Below are positions 12,001-23,900 of a stretch of 64,000 nucleotides of DNA, piece after piece. This stretch comes from Lama guanicoe (lineage: Eukaryota), in the NCBI GenBank assembly GCA_013239625.1, contig MU053431.1:1514485-1578484 (forward strand). The letters run 5' to 3'. Every line of letters begins with the position of its first letter. Within the stretch, counting starts at the first letter, position 1. The notes beneath the pieces are model-generated. The model saw nothing but the letters and a program-made list of their open reading frames with translations, did no database searches and was not told the DNA's origin. A program made the position numbers and the translations under genes.

Positions 12001-15000
12001 GGCCACATGGCCGAGCGCCCAGCAGGGCCCGGAGAGCCAGGCCAGTGGCCGCAACCTCTTAACCCAGCAGGCTGGCTGGCACGCGGAGACCCGGAGGCCT
12101 GCCCAGGGAGCCTCGAGCGGGCCAGCCTCAGAGGGCGTGCCGCCTGGAACTGGGGTGGGCAGCCTTACGGGGGCCCCTAACGGCCCCCGGAGCCAGTGCG
12201 TCTGGGGCCCTCGCCAAGGCACGAAGGCCCCGCTCAGGTGCTCTCGAGCCCACAGGCGGAGGAGACCCAGGCGCAGATGGCCTTGCGGCGGCCCAGCCCA
12301 GCCTCTCCCCACGCTGGCGCTCAGTCTCCCCGAGTGCCTGGGGGAGCTCTCACCCTCCAAAAGCTTCACCACAGCTTTGCTGCTCAAACCCCCACCTGGT
12401 GGGGGGGACACAGGGCACCCTCCCTGCTGTCCCCCAGGAAGGGTACAGACCCCTCCACCTGGCATTTCTAGTCCCCCAACCAACACTTTTGGCCTCACAC
12501 CCAACCCCCCCAGCCTACACCCCACGGCCAGCCCAGCCCTGGCTCTGCACCTCTACCCTCACTGTACCTCCCACCTGGTCTCCAGTCTGCTCCCTCCAGC
12601 CCTGGCCTCTCTAGGCTGGGACAAAGGGCCCACCTACCCCGCCTGCCACAGGGCACAAGGGGAGGACACAGCTGGAGGGGATCAGCATTCCTCATCTGCA
12701 GGGAAGGGGTAGGGCTGCTGGGGAGAGCCCCTCCCCCATGGCCAGGCCACCAGAGGGGTGCCTGGAAGGGAGGCGGACACGCCACCAGAGCCAGTCCCAA
12801 CTCAGCCTGCCCTGCTCCTGAAGACCACCTGGGCACCTGGTACAGGTGAGGCTCCAGAACGGGTAGCCTGAGGCCAGCAGGAGGCCCTGGAGGAGACAGG
12901 ACATAAGCGGGGAGCCCCCAGTCCTGGGGCAGGCATTACTGGGACTCGGGAAAGCGTCTCCTCAGTCACCAGCCACGAAGCCTTCCCACCCTGGGGGCCG
13001 GCACCCCACAAGGCTCAGACCCACGGCTCAGCCTGAGAGGCCCCAGCTGAGGTCTGCGTGGCAAGCAGGGCAGGGAGCAAAGGCCGGGACCCCTCCACGC
13101 CTGCTCAGCCAGGACTTCACTCCTGGGACCTCGACTTCTCCATCTGCAAAGTAGGAGGAAGAGGGTCCGGGGGCCCCGACCTGACCCTGGGGTGGGGAAG
13201 GTCAGAGCAGGACAAGCTGCGGCCAGAGGACAGAGGGAGTGGTCTCCTGGGGCCCCACCACATGTGGGACCCCAGGCCTGGCCCCACCAGCCCCGCTCCA
13301 GCCCAGGTGTGAGGCGGAGCTGCGACACAGGCCCCTCGTGGTCCTCCCTGGGCAGGAAGTCCTCCTGATGCCAGGGCGCTGCCCCCTCCCCTTTCCTGGA
13401 GCATCCGTTCCAGATCCCAGAACAAAGGCCCTTGGCAGCCCGCCGCAGGGGGAGTGCCCAGCCCCACTGCCTGCTCAGCCCAGCTTCCTGACAGAAGCCC
13501 CAGCCCCACCCCAGGACCTGTACCTCAAAGGACAGCAGAGCCCCAGAGCAAGGGAACCCCGGGCTGAGCTCACTTAGCCAAGTCCCTCCCCCTTGGCCTC
13601 TCTCCCCATGTGCACTAGAGAGGGCGCGCAGAGGGCCCTGCCTCACGGACGTTCTTGGTCTGACTGTGGGCCCCAGATGCTCCCATCACCAGACCTGGGG
13701 GGACTGGAGGGCGCAGACCTCAGGGTCAATGAGGGCCAGTAGGACCTGTCCCAGGCCCCGTCCTCCAAAACGCCTCCCCGCAGAGCTCCAGCGGGTGCCA
13801 CCTCCATCCTCCCTTCGTGGGGCCTGGCTGCTGATGCAAGACCTGGTCTCTGCCCCCGACCCAGCAGGTGCACAGTGGCTCGGGGGAAGGCGCAGGGAGC
13901 TCCTTTTCGGACAGGGAAGGTGGCAAATGCAGGAATTTGCTCTGGCATTCCACGGTGGTTCAGAACATGCCCAGGAAAGAGATTTCTCTCGCCCACGGAA
14001 CTGGAAACTGAGTACTTGTGCCCCACCTAACTCTAAAGCACCCTGGAGGGCAGTCCCCTCCGACCAAGGCTGGCGGCTCCTTGGCCCATCCAAGATGGGG
14101 GCTCAGGTAGACCCCTCTGCAGTCAGTGAAAGGGGGAAGGAAGGGGGAGAGAAGAGGGAGGGAAAAGGAAAGGGTGGATGGATGGATGGATGTTAGATGG
14201 GTGGGCTGGTGGATGGCAAAAGGAAGGAGAGGTGGGGGCGGGAGAGGGGAAGGATGGCTAAGAGGGTCACGGGTCAACCTCCCCCAGCAGGGGTGGAAAC
14301 GACCCCTTCCCAGTTTGTGTCACTTTGAGGCTGGGGACACTAGGTTTGGGAAGGCCGGGTGCACACACAGTGGAACCCTCACCCGGGCCCGGGCCCGGGC
14401 CCAGTCCAGAAAGCACACGCCCGCCTGCCCCAGCATCTCCCGCCCATCTCACACATGTGGACACTGAGCCGGGTGGGTGGGTGCTGAGTGCCATCTGAGC
14501 GCCACACCTCGGGAGGGCACCGGCCCACCTGCTCTGGGCCACCCTTGGGTTGCCATGGAGACCAGGCCACTGCACCCTGCCCTAGCCTGGCTTGTCCACA
14601 AAGGGGGCAGAGAAGAACCCAGCAGCTCGGCACCAACTCCGTGACTGACCCCAGGGCGGGGCAGGCTCCACTTCCCTCCCTCCTCCCACGGGCACCCCTG
14701 TGGCAGTGCCAGAGAGAGGGGGACCCCGGAGGCACACAGGGCTGCTGAGTGCCCTCCCAGCTTCCAGGGGAGCATGGGGCAAAAGCCCAGCGAACAGAAG
14801 GGAAATGGGTCCAGCCCCATCCAGACCTGGGTCAGGCAGCACCAGCCCCGGCAACAGGCAGGGAGCCCCGAGATGGGCCACCCCTCCCGAGGGCCTCACA
14901 GCTAACCCAAGCAGTGGGCAAGACCCATCCCAACGCTATCCCCAGAACCTGCCTGCAGGGCCGCCCCTCCAGCCGGGCTCACGGCCGATGCTGCCCCACC

Positions 15001-18000
15001 TCTCCTGAATGTCCTCAGGCAGCGGTGGGATGGAGGCTCCACAAGGAGCAGAGACTCACAAGGTCACACACCGGGGTGGCGGCAAAGCCCGCCTGGACTC
15101 AGGCCTCTGGAGGCCCGTGAACAGGGAAGGGGGTGGGGTGGGGTCTAGCAGGGTGGACCTTGTAGCCCTGGCTCCCAGGTAGGCCCAGAGCTGGCGGCTC
15201 CCAGGCTTGGCCTCACCTATCTGCCCCCATCCCCCTGCCCCTTCCAAGGAGGCAACAGCACTGCTGGCCCATTTCACAGGCCGGGATGCCAAAGCCAGCA
15301 CCGAGCAACATCACTTGGGGGTGGGACTCAGCCTGTGTGAGTCGGACCCAGCCCAAGTCCACCAAGAGGGCTTGCTGGTCACTGGGAAACACTGGGCCCC
15401 ACCCTCCTGCCTGCACAGGGGCTGGTGGAGGCGGGGCACACCCAACCCCGCGGTGGCCTCTGCGCAGCACCGGTATCCTAGGAATGTCCACCTCCGCAGG
15501 CCTCCTCCGCACTCCTGCAGCCCCTCCCACTCCCCCGCCAGAGCCTGTCCACGTCCACAGAGGAATTCCTCAGAGTAAACACCAGGCGCTGGCTGAGGGC
15601 GCCAGGGCTCGGCATTTTGGCCCCATCTCCGTGCTGTCCCCTCGACGCCCCTCCCGCTAACTCTCCACATGATCTCGCTAAACCCCGTGTCCCACCCCCT
15701 CTCTCCCCGTGCACCACAGGATGCGGAAAAAACACAGTGCCCACTGCCACGCCTCTGTCCACGCCAGGCCCGCCGCCCGCCCGGGCCCGGCCTCCCGAGC
15801 TCACTCTGGGCAGGTGCCTCACCCTGCAGTCTGTCAGCTGGAGAAGCGGGGGTCGGGCTGCGCAGACCAGAAAGGAACTGTACCTGGCCCAGGTCCAAGG
15901 TGACGTTGACTTCGTTGTACTCTAGGCCACGGGACAGCGGCGGACTCTGCCACCAGCGCTCCGTGCCATCAATGGCGTTGCTCGCGGGGTGCGCCCTGTT
16001 GCTGTTGGCAGCCGTGCAGATGTCACAGTACTGGCCCTGTGGGGGAGGGGCGGTGAGACGGCCAAGGAGCGCTGGGACCCCTCGCCCCTCCTGTCACCCT
16101 GCTACCGCATCACGCTGGCCCCACCCCCAGTCTGTGGCCCCTTGTCCGCCGTGCACTCATTCACTTGGCAAACAGACATGAGCGCCTACTGCGTTCTCAA
16201 CCTGGGATACGGCTCATGGGAGAGGTGGTCACACCTGCTACAGCAGAGACAGGAGAGCAAGGAGGGAGAGGGGCACCGGCTTCAGGTGGGAAACTCACAC
16301 AGGGCTCTCCGAGGAGGGGGCACCTGAGGCCTGCACCACGAGGGGAGGAGGTGGGGCGGAGGGCAGCGCTCAGTGGCACAGCCTGTGCTTGGTGTGTGCA
16401 CGAGGTCCCGGGTTCAACCCCCAGTGCCCGTTAAAGGGCGAGAGGGAGCCGACTGTGGAAAAAAAGGTGGGGGAGGGTGTGCTCCAGACAGAGGCACTGC
16501 CTGTGCAAAGGCCCTGGAGCAATTCGACTCAAGCAGTAAACAGCAAGGAGGCCAAGGAAGATGGAGCTGAGAGGGCAATGGGCCAGTCACGGGCCAAGTC
16601 ACACACGTCTCCCCCACCCCAGCACCACTGGCTACTGCAGGGGGCTTCAGAAGGGCTTGGCAGGAGGGGGCCAGGTGGGGAAGAAAGAGTGAGAGAGGTA
16701 GGGCTACAGCTAGAAGGCCCAGGCCCGACGCGTGCCCCTCCCCACCCCCACCAGCCCGTGCCCCCCAGACCTCCCTGCCAGGCTCTCGCCAGAGCCATGT
16801 GGATTAGGATCTCCAGAGAGACGAAATCAAGCCATTCCTGTGGCCTGTGGGGACAGGCCCCCGAGTGGAGGCATGTGGGCAGCCGGCAGACAAGGCCTGG
16901 ACCTCCTGGCTCTGCTGCTTCCGAGCCCTGGAACTGGGCCAAGTCACGGCAGCCACTGAGCCTCAGTGTCCCCATCTGAAGAGTGGGGGTAATGCTGGCA
17001 CCTGCCTCGGCCGCCGGAGGATTAATGGACCCCACATGGGGCCAAGCAGCTGCTCTGTCATGGTCTAGCCACCTGCCGGGGCCCGTCCTCTGGGGGAACA
17101 GAGGCGGCTCCCAGCATCGTGGGTGCACTGTCTCTGTGGGGGAGGAGCAGGTGCTGGAAGCCTGGGCCGGGGGCAGGGGGCAGAGCTGAGCCTGGCTGCC
17201 AGCCCAGGGGAGGCCCCACACCCCACCCCAGAGGAAACCAGACCTGCTGGCCCTCCACACAAAGGCGGGCCTGGAGACTTGGCATTGATTGAGGCCCAGA
17301 GAGGCTGTGTCTGGGAAATGCGGCCGCCCCACCCCTCCCAGCCTCCCAGGGGGCCAGACCTCGTCCTAGAAGTTGGAGGTGGGAGCGTGGGAGATGCCTT
17401 GCCCCATCCCTGGGCTGGCAGCCACAGAGAGCCCCCAGCGTCCACAGACCCCCGGCAGGCCCCTGCCTCCCCAGACACATTGGCCCCAGGTTCCACTGAG
17501 CACCCAGGACAGCGAGATCAAAGGCAGCAGACCGGGCACCAAGCCTCCCACCCAGGTCCCCTTGTGCTGGGTGCTCTGGGTCACCCCACCCCTGACCCTG
17601 TTCCTGCCTGGGGCCTTGGCACCCTGATCTCGCCTTCCATCTCAGCTCACATGTCACCTCCTCAGCAGGGCCCCAGAGCTCCAGACCACCCAAGGAGCTG
17701 GCCTGACAACCCCCAACGTCACCCTGCTCTATTTATTCTACCGCATGAGACACGGAGTTGCCTGGCGATTAGCGATACCCCCTTACAGCCCTCCGGGTGG
17801 GAGGGGGTGCGCACCTGCCTTCTTCTTAACTGCGCCCCTGAGGCACCACCACCCAGAGATGGCATACCGAGAGGCTGGGGTGATGGAGGGCGCCCAGAAG
17901 AGTCGCATGATCTGTGTAGGCCATGTCCCCAAGCACAGTGACCCCAAACTGGAGCCCAGGTACTGGCTCCCAGACCTGTGGGGGATCCCAGAGGGCGAGC

Positions 18001-20842
18001 AGAGTGGGGGCTCAGAGGCACCCTGAAAGCACAGTGCACGTGGGTGCGGTGGCGTGGGACCCGCCAGGGCTGGGAGGCTTCCCGGAGGAGGTGAGTAGGG
18101 CCCTCTGGCTGGGCCTCCCAAAGAAGCTGCCTGTGGTCAAGGGTCAAGGGAGCCAAGAGAAGTTTCTGCTCAGGCCTCACCCAGAGAATCAGGGAGAGGT
18201 GACTCTATCCCCATGTGGCCACAGTGGGGCCACTCCGTGACACAGTCCCTGCTGACTGCTCGGCCTGACTTGGGCTTGCAGTGGATGGGGCTGGGGAAAG
18301 AGGGCTCCCTCCACCCCTCTGCTGCAGAGGGTCCTACCAGGAACAGAGCAAGGAAACAAGGAGCAGCGATAAGGGCTTCCCCTCCCAGTGAGTCACCACT
18401 CTGGGAGCCAAGCCCCCATCGTCCCCTGTGGGGCTGGGGCCAGCCCGGATTCCTCCGAGGCCCACCTGAAGGCGCGGGGCTGGGTTCCCAAGTTGCCCCC
18501 TGCCTGCCCCAGTTGCCCACAGGACCGCCTTGCCCACAAGCCTAGCAGGACTCTCCCCAGGCCCTGGCTGGTATGCCCCCAGCCAGCTTCTGTCCCATTT
18601 CCCCCAGGAGGCCCGTGGGAGCAGCTGGCCTGCAGCCTTGGGGGCCAGGTCCTCCCTGCCCCACCCATCAGGCTGGCACAGGACTGGGCTCTTGGAACTG
18701 AAAGGTGTGCATGTCCACTCAGCTCCAGACGGAGCCTGTGGACAAGGCCCTATCACCAACCCAACAGAAGGCCAGGGCCGGGAGCAGACCCACTGCCTCC
18801 AGAGGACAGGGCAGAGGCTCCAGAGAGTCCGTGACTCCTCCAAGGTCTCACGGCTGTTCCGGTCCTGCCTGCTAACCGCCAGTCTTCCTGCCACAGGGGT
18901 GCTGATGGCTGAGTGCTGCAGGTTTTCAAAGGGAGGGCTTCAGCTCTAATTGGGCTGGGGGCTGGGAGCACTGGCCAGAAGTTCTCACCCAGGGCCGCTC
19001 CCTCGACTGCAACACCACACACAGCCGCCGCTATGTGGCAAGCGGTCATGACACCAGGCTTCCCAGGCTCCTCAGGCCAAGCGCACACCTTCAGGGGAGG
19101 CGGGCCCTCTGGCTGTGCCCGTTTTACAGACGAGGAGCCTGAGGCTCAGGGAGGGAAGTCGCACAGCTAAGGAAAGGCAGAGGAGAGGGGCTTTGACCCT
19201 GAGCCAATAGCTCCCAAGCTGCTGCTCTAAGTACTATGAGGGGGCAATAAACGGTCTCTCTCTCAGAAATCCACACAGCTGCTCCTCCTCAAGGGCCTGG
19301 GCCAGGCAGCCCAGGGGGGCAATTAGGTGGTGGTTGGGAGCCTGGGTTGTTCGAGCTGCAGAATCCCAGATGAGCATCTAGGAGGGGTGGTGGGGCCCAG
19401 CCAAGCCCTCTGGGCAGCTTTGGAGACCCCACAAGGCTCCTCCTCTTGACCTGGTCCCTCTGATGTCACCCAGACACGTTAAGGGCCCGAGGTGGGGGCC
19501 CAGATTTCCCCCGCTCACTGCCCCCCCCAGACCCTGGTCTGGCTTTGGGGCTTCACAGACCTCAGTTTCCCCAGCTGAAATGTGGGCTCGAGACCTCCTG
19601 CTCAGCTGTGCAGAGCTTAGAGGAGTGAGTGAGTCCAGGGAGGGGTGTCCAGGAGCCTGAGGGAGGCGCCCTTCTGTCCCTGGTGGCTCTGCGGCACCAA
19701 GGCTCCCTCCCACTCCTCACTGCCCTGGAGGGGCCGAGGGAAGTCGCAGGCGCAGCGAAGCTGCCCCAGCTGAGGCTCCCTCATTCATCACCCACCCCAC
19801 CACTCCACTCTCCAACTACCCTCCTCCCCTCCCCCAGCCTCTCCTACTGGGAAGGTGGCAGTAAGTCCCCGGCGGCCGAGGCTCACGTTACACCAGCCTG
19901 GGGCCCCCAGACTGTCCCTAAGGTTTGGCAGGGGCGGGAACACGGGCCTCGGAAGCAGACCCTATCCCGTGGAGGCTGACCTGTGGGGCAGAGGGGCTGT
20001 CCCTGATTGCAGCAGCATGCTCCCACCCCAGTTAAAACTCCCTCTTTGTGTTCCCCTCCCACCATGAGGGTCCCACCAACTCCGGAGACCCCTGTGGAGA
20101 GGGCTTCTACCCTTTAGAGCAGGAGAGGAAGCCTCCTGTGCCTGGCCCTAAACACAGCCCCCAACCCAGTCCCATCCCGACGCCAGCAGGTCCCAGCCTG
20201 TCCCAGGGGAAGGCGGAGCGGGTCCGCCCCCTCCCCACAGACGGCCGGCCGCAGAGGCCAAGTCCCGCCCTCGCCGGGATCCCGGGACCTGGCGCCGCCA
20301 GGGACGAGGCATCGGCCCCCCTCGGCCGAACTCGACCGGCGCCGGCCGCCCTCAGGTCCGCTGCGCTCCGCCTTCCCGGAGGGACGCGCACTTCTCTGGC
20401 TGAGCCTGAATGGCCGAGTTGGGGTCACTTCTGTCCCACGAAATGCGGAACCAGAGCCTCGGGACGGTATGCGGGGGCTGCAGTCCGTACCTGGGCTCTC
20501 CGAGGCCCGCGGGGCTCCCGAAAGAGTTGGGCCGGAGCTCCGGAGTCCCAGTCCGAGGCGCCCCCGCGCCGGCGTCCCCAGCACCCCGCCCCGGCCCACC
20601 CCGCGGCGACCCTGCCGCGGCCCGCGCTCACCTGGATGGTCTGGTTGGGGTCCCCGCCGGCCACCGGGCCCCCCACCAACTTGCAGTAGAGGTCCTCGGT
20701 GGGGCGCGGGGCGCCGCGCGCCGGGGCCTCCTCGCCGCAGGTGGCCGAGGCGGCGGCGCGGGCGCCCTCGGCCAGGTTGAAGTAGGGCGGGTGCAGGCTG
20801 AAGCCGCCGCCCGCCGCCGCCGCCGCCGCCGCCGCCGCCCGC
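1..20842 (-). CDS. LAMA5: Laminin subunit alpha-5, 5' portion (exons 1-8; LN domain and first LE repeats); ATG in N-gap 20843-20949; continues past left edge
   Basis: Exons 20632-20842(gap), 15884-16036, 6653-6770, 5737-5855, 5466-5636, 5232-5329, 567-682, <1-87 join with GT-AG and consistent phase. Translation: [83 protein letters not shown]. Confidence 0.98.
240..560. repeat. Degenerate (TG/CA)-rich low-complexity tract, LAMA5 intron 7
   Basis: TGTGTGTATGTGAGTGCACGTGTG.. alternating purine/pyrimidine. Confidence 0.8.
567..682 (-). CDS. LAMA5: LAMA5 exon 7
   Basis: [38 protein letters not shown] (LE repeat), 116 nt. Confidence 0.97.
2055..2120 (+). mobile_element. MIR 3' end fragment
   Basis: TTTAAAGCACTGAGCAGGATGCCTGCCATATTACAAGCTCTCAATAAATGTT. 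Confidence 0.55.
2130..3240 (+). mobile_element. Old L1M ORF1-region relic, interrupted by a SINE
   Basis: GAAATTAAAGATTCAAAGGATGGGCTAGACAGCAGATCAGACACAGCTGAAG and GAGGCAGTGAAGTGACATCTCCGAAGTGTTG..CAGAATGCCTATGGCCAGCTGAACTGTC resemble L1M ORF1 consensus; boundaries approximate. Confidence 0.6.
2308..2427 (+). mobile_element. tRNA-derived SINE (camelid Vic-1-like) with 16-bp TSD
   Basis: A box TAGCTCAGCGG, B box GGTTCCATCCC, tail AACCTAATTATCTCCCC; TSD AAAGATTCAAAGGATG (2292-2307) / AAAGACTCGAAGGATG (2428-2443). Confidence 0.85.
3330..3505 (+). mobile_element. MLT1A-like MaLR LTR fragment
   Basis: AAGACCCCAGAGAGCCCC..GACACAGCCAGAAGACAGCC..TGAACCAGGAAG..CTCCAGAACGGTGAGA..GCCACCCAG. Confidence 0.7.
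4660..4775. mobile_element. MER5-like hAT-Charlie fragment
   Basis: GCTTGGTAAAGATGCAGATTCCTGGGCCCTGCC..GGTTGGGGCCCAGG. Confidence 0.55.
5232..5329 (-). CDS. LAMA5: LAMA5 exon 6
   Basis: [33 protein letters not shown], 98 nt. Confidence 0.97.
5466..5636 (-). CDS. LAMA5: LAMA5 exon 5
   Basis: [57 protein letters not shown], 171 nt. Confidence 0.97.
5737..5855 (-). CDS. LAMA5: LAMA5 exon 4
   Basis: [40 protein letters not shown], 119 nt. Confidence 0.97.
6653..6770 (-). CDS. LAMA5: LAMA5 exon 3
   Basis: [39 protein letters not shown], 118 nt, AG/GT flanks. Confidence 0.97.
15884..16036 (-). CDS. LAMA5: LAMA5 exon 2
   Basis: CAG|[51 protein letters not shown]|GTA, 153 nt. Confidence 0.97.
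16155..16580 (-). mobile_element. L2 3' fragment
   Basis: CATTCACTTGGCAAACAGACATGAGCGCCTACTG..; CCAGACAGAGGCACTGCCTGTGCAAAGGCCCTGGAG. Confidence 0.55.
16352..16466 (+). mobile_element. tRNA-derived SINE (diverged Vic-1-like) inserted in an L2 relic
   Basis: GCGCTCAGTGGCACAG..CACGAGGTCCCGGGTTCAACCCCCAGT (A/B boxes), A-rich end, flanking AGGTGGGG repeats. Confidence 0.7.
16925..17030 (+). mobile_element. MIR core
   Basis: GGGCCAAGTCAC..CTGAGCCTCAGTGTCCCCATCTGAAGAGTGGGGGTAAT. Confidence 0.6.
19115..19215 (-). mobile_element. MIR core
   Basis: CCCGTTTTACAGACGAGGAGCCTGAGGCTCAG..GTCGCACAGCTAAG. Confidence 0.55.
20632..20842 (-). CDS. LAMA5: LAMA5 exon 1 (visible part)
   Basis: [70 protein letters not shown]|GTGAG. 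Confidence 0.95.
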
Positions 20843-20949
20843 NNNNNNNNNNNNNNNNNNNNNNNNNNNNNNNNNNNNNNNNNNNNNNNNNNNNNNNNNN
20901 NNNNNNNNNNNNNNNNNNNNNNNNNNNNNNNNNNNNNNNNNNNNNNNNN
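20843..20949. other. Assembly gap (107 N) covering LAMA5 start codon/signal peptide
   Basis: N run in extreme-GC exon 1. Confidence 0.95.
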
Positions 20950-23900
20950 CCCGAGGACGTCAGGCCCCGCCCCGGCCCGCCCGGGCGCCCGCGCCCCGCG
21001 CCCCGGGGAGGGGGCGGGGGAGGCCGGGGGGAGGGGCGGCCGGCGGCCTTAACCCTTGGGACCCCGGCCCGGCTGGCCTTCCGGAAAGGACACCTGCTGG
21101 CCTCGGGCCAGGCCGTGGGAACGCGACGCCGCGGCGGCCCCCAGGGCGTGGCTCCCGGTCCCGGGCGCTCCCCTTGCGCCCTCCAGCACCCCTCGCCCCG
21201 GCGGGCCGGCCCGCTCTACCTAGTCTGGCGGCTCGGTTCTTTGTTTCCCTAACTTCGGGCACATCGTGGCGGAGCGCCCCCGGCGGCCTCAACTCAGGCG
21301 ACGCGGCCGGGAGTCGGACACGTTCGCCACGGGTCCAGTCCTGGCATCTCCCCCATCAACGGCCCAACTCGTCCCCACCATAACTCCAGAATGGCCACAG
21401 CATCCCAGACGACTTCCACCTGGGAGCCTGGATGCTTGGGTTCCCAGGCTTGAGGGGGTGAACTCCGGAGACAAAGCATCACCTCTTTGACCCCCGCAGG
21501 TTTTTGGGTTTTCTCCCCTCATACTGGCCCTTATCCGCCCCATCTAGCAGGTGTGTGGGAAGGTGCACTCTGCCAGCTGTGAGTGTGCTGGGAATCTGAT
21601 CTGATGAGAGACAGGGAGAGTCCGACAGGGGATCCCATCTTCCCTGGGGTGGCCAGGTCAGATTCAACCCACCTGGCTCCCACCTGCCCAGGGTTTGGCT
21701 TAAAAATACTCTAAAATCCGGAAATGGATCAGGAGGGACTGGACCCACCCAGGGGGTCCCTGTGTCCAATGGAGGATGCTCAGAGCCCAGTGCGTGCCAG
21801 GAAGATTGGCTGTGAAAGAGGACATCTCCTGGGCACCTGCTGTGTCCGGGGTGGGGGGGAGCAGGCAGGCGTGAGCCCACCCTCGCGCCTGGGTGTGCCC
21901 TGTTTTGGGGCTCTGTGGATTCTGCCATCTTTGTCTGCCGGTCAGACCCTCCCGTTCAGGGCAGGCGCTCAAGGACACCAGGGAAATGGGCCGGAGCCTA
22001 GAAGCCTGAGCTCAGAGTGGTGTCCCAGCTGTTTCTGTGTTTGGGTGGCTTCAGCCACTGGGTCTCCTCCCCTCAGGCTCCTGGCCCAAACTGGCCTCAA
22101 GGGAAGCCCTGATGGGGCGAGGCGGGTGCAGCTGCTGGGCTGGCAGCTCCCCCCCATTCTCTGAGCCAGGCCAGCCGGGTGTCTGCCCCACGTGGGACCC
22201 CCTGGACAGTCCTGGGGAGCCGGGTGAGTGTGTGGGGTGATGGCCAGCTGGTCCTGGCAGGGGTCCTGCCCCAGCAGCTGTTCCCGGAAGGTTGCACCAC
22301 TAGCTACATCTCCCTGGCTGTCCCCGGACTCCTGCAAATCCTGAATCCCAAGGGACTGGACTGACGCTTCTCTAGGAGTTGAGAAACAGGCAATGAAATG
22401 ACCCTGCTCCCCACCTCCCTCCCCTCTCCCCTCTCCCCTTCCCTCTCCCTCCTCTTCCAGCAATTCGGTACCTCAACCTGGGGAAGGCAAGAAAAGGTGG
22501 TTCCCTAAGCTGGAGAAGCTCTGACTGGGGGAGGGGCTGGCCCATGGGAAGGAGGACCTGCAGGAATCTGGAGTCCTGGAGCAGACAGGCTAGCTCGAGG
22601 TGTAATTTATGATCCTTGGGAGGCACACACGGAGGGTCCCCAGATGGGGGATTTGACCTGCCCCCACTCCACTCCGCCTTCCCTATTGTCCAGAGGCCCC
22701 CATCACACACATCTCAGCAGTACCTTCTGGCCCCGGCACCCCCTGACAGCTGGGGACCCAGGCAGCCCTGGGGGCTGGGGCTGGAAACCCCCCACGCTGG
22801 CTTCTCTACGTGTGGTGCGGCTAGCGGGCAGAGGTGAGGGGTGGGAGCCCTCTGAGCCTCCTGGCAGCCAAGCACAGGCAGGAGGGAGCGGCAGCTGCTG
22901 GAGAATGCGCTGAGTCAGCCGAGCATCCGGCGCTGGGGGGGTTAATCCTGGGCTAGCTGCTTCCCAGCCGACAGCTGCCCCAGAAGCAACTGGGCAAGGG
23001 GAGAACGGTGGGGTGAAGTGGGCACAGGAGAATGTGACAAAAGGGGCTGGGCAAGGTGCCCACCCTCTGCCCCTACCCCGTGCCAGCTGGTGTGCCCCAG
23101 CCGGGGCAGCGTGGAGGATGGAGGTGTTATCCCAGCCAGGCACACTGGCCTCTTGGGTGGGGGGAGGGGTTTCTGGGGGCAGGTCGTAGGCAGGGCAAGG
23201 GAGAGGGGCCCATCTCTGCCCACCTTCCCCCTTGCTGCCCGTGTCACCTTTCCAGCAAATCATCTCCAGACAGCCCAGCGAGTGTGTCTCCCGTCTTGCT
23301 TTGACTCCTGGGCTACCCAGCACCTTTCCTACTTAGGAGCTGGGAAACTGAGGACAAAGGTCCAGCGGTGGGTCAAGAACACGTAGCTAGCAAGGGGGAG
23401 GGAGTTGGTCTGTCACTCATTTTCTCCCCCTGTGTGTACTGGACACCATTCGGGCACAGGTCCCCAATGTAGCGCCCCCTCCCCAAAGCAGACCGGCCCA
23501 GCTTTCTGTCCCAAGTCCACAGGAGGGGGATGCCCACTCTTGGGGGGTCAGAGTGGGAGGAGTCAGCTCACGGGGGAGGGGCGTGGAGGCTACCAGTCCT
23601 CCTCTGTCTTTCGAGGCTCTCGCCAACCCCCACCCCAGGGTAACAGGAGCCCCAGGACCTGTGGGAGGTCAGACACAGATGGCAGCCCGACTGGGGAAGA
23701 GATGCTTCTGGCCCGGGGTGCAGGTTCGCGGAGTGCCCCTCAGCCCCGGGACGTGGGGTCTGGGCCAGAGGAGCCTGCCCTCGGGACAGCGCCCCTCACC
23801 TGAGCCCGGAGCCTGACAGCAACCCCGGGAGCCCCCTGCTCGGCCCCATCTGTGGGGCAGCTGTGGGGACACACCTGCCTCAGCCTAAGCCCTAAAAGTG

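Larger units (their letters stand above)
20200..21330 (-). promoter_or_regulatory. LAMA5 CpG island/promoter with GC boxes and G4-prone tract
   Basis: Very dense CpG around exon 1; GGGGCGGGG boxes and GGGGAGGGGGCGGGGGAGGCCGGGGGGAGGGG at ~21005-21036. Confidence 0.8.
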
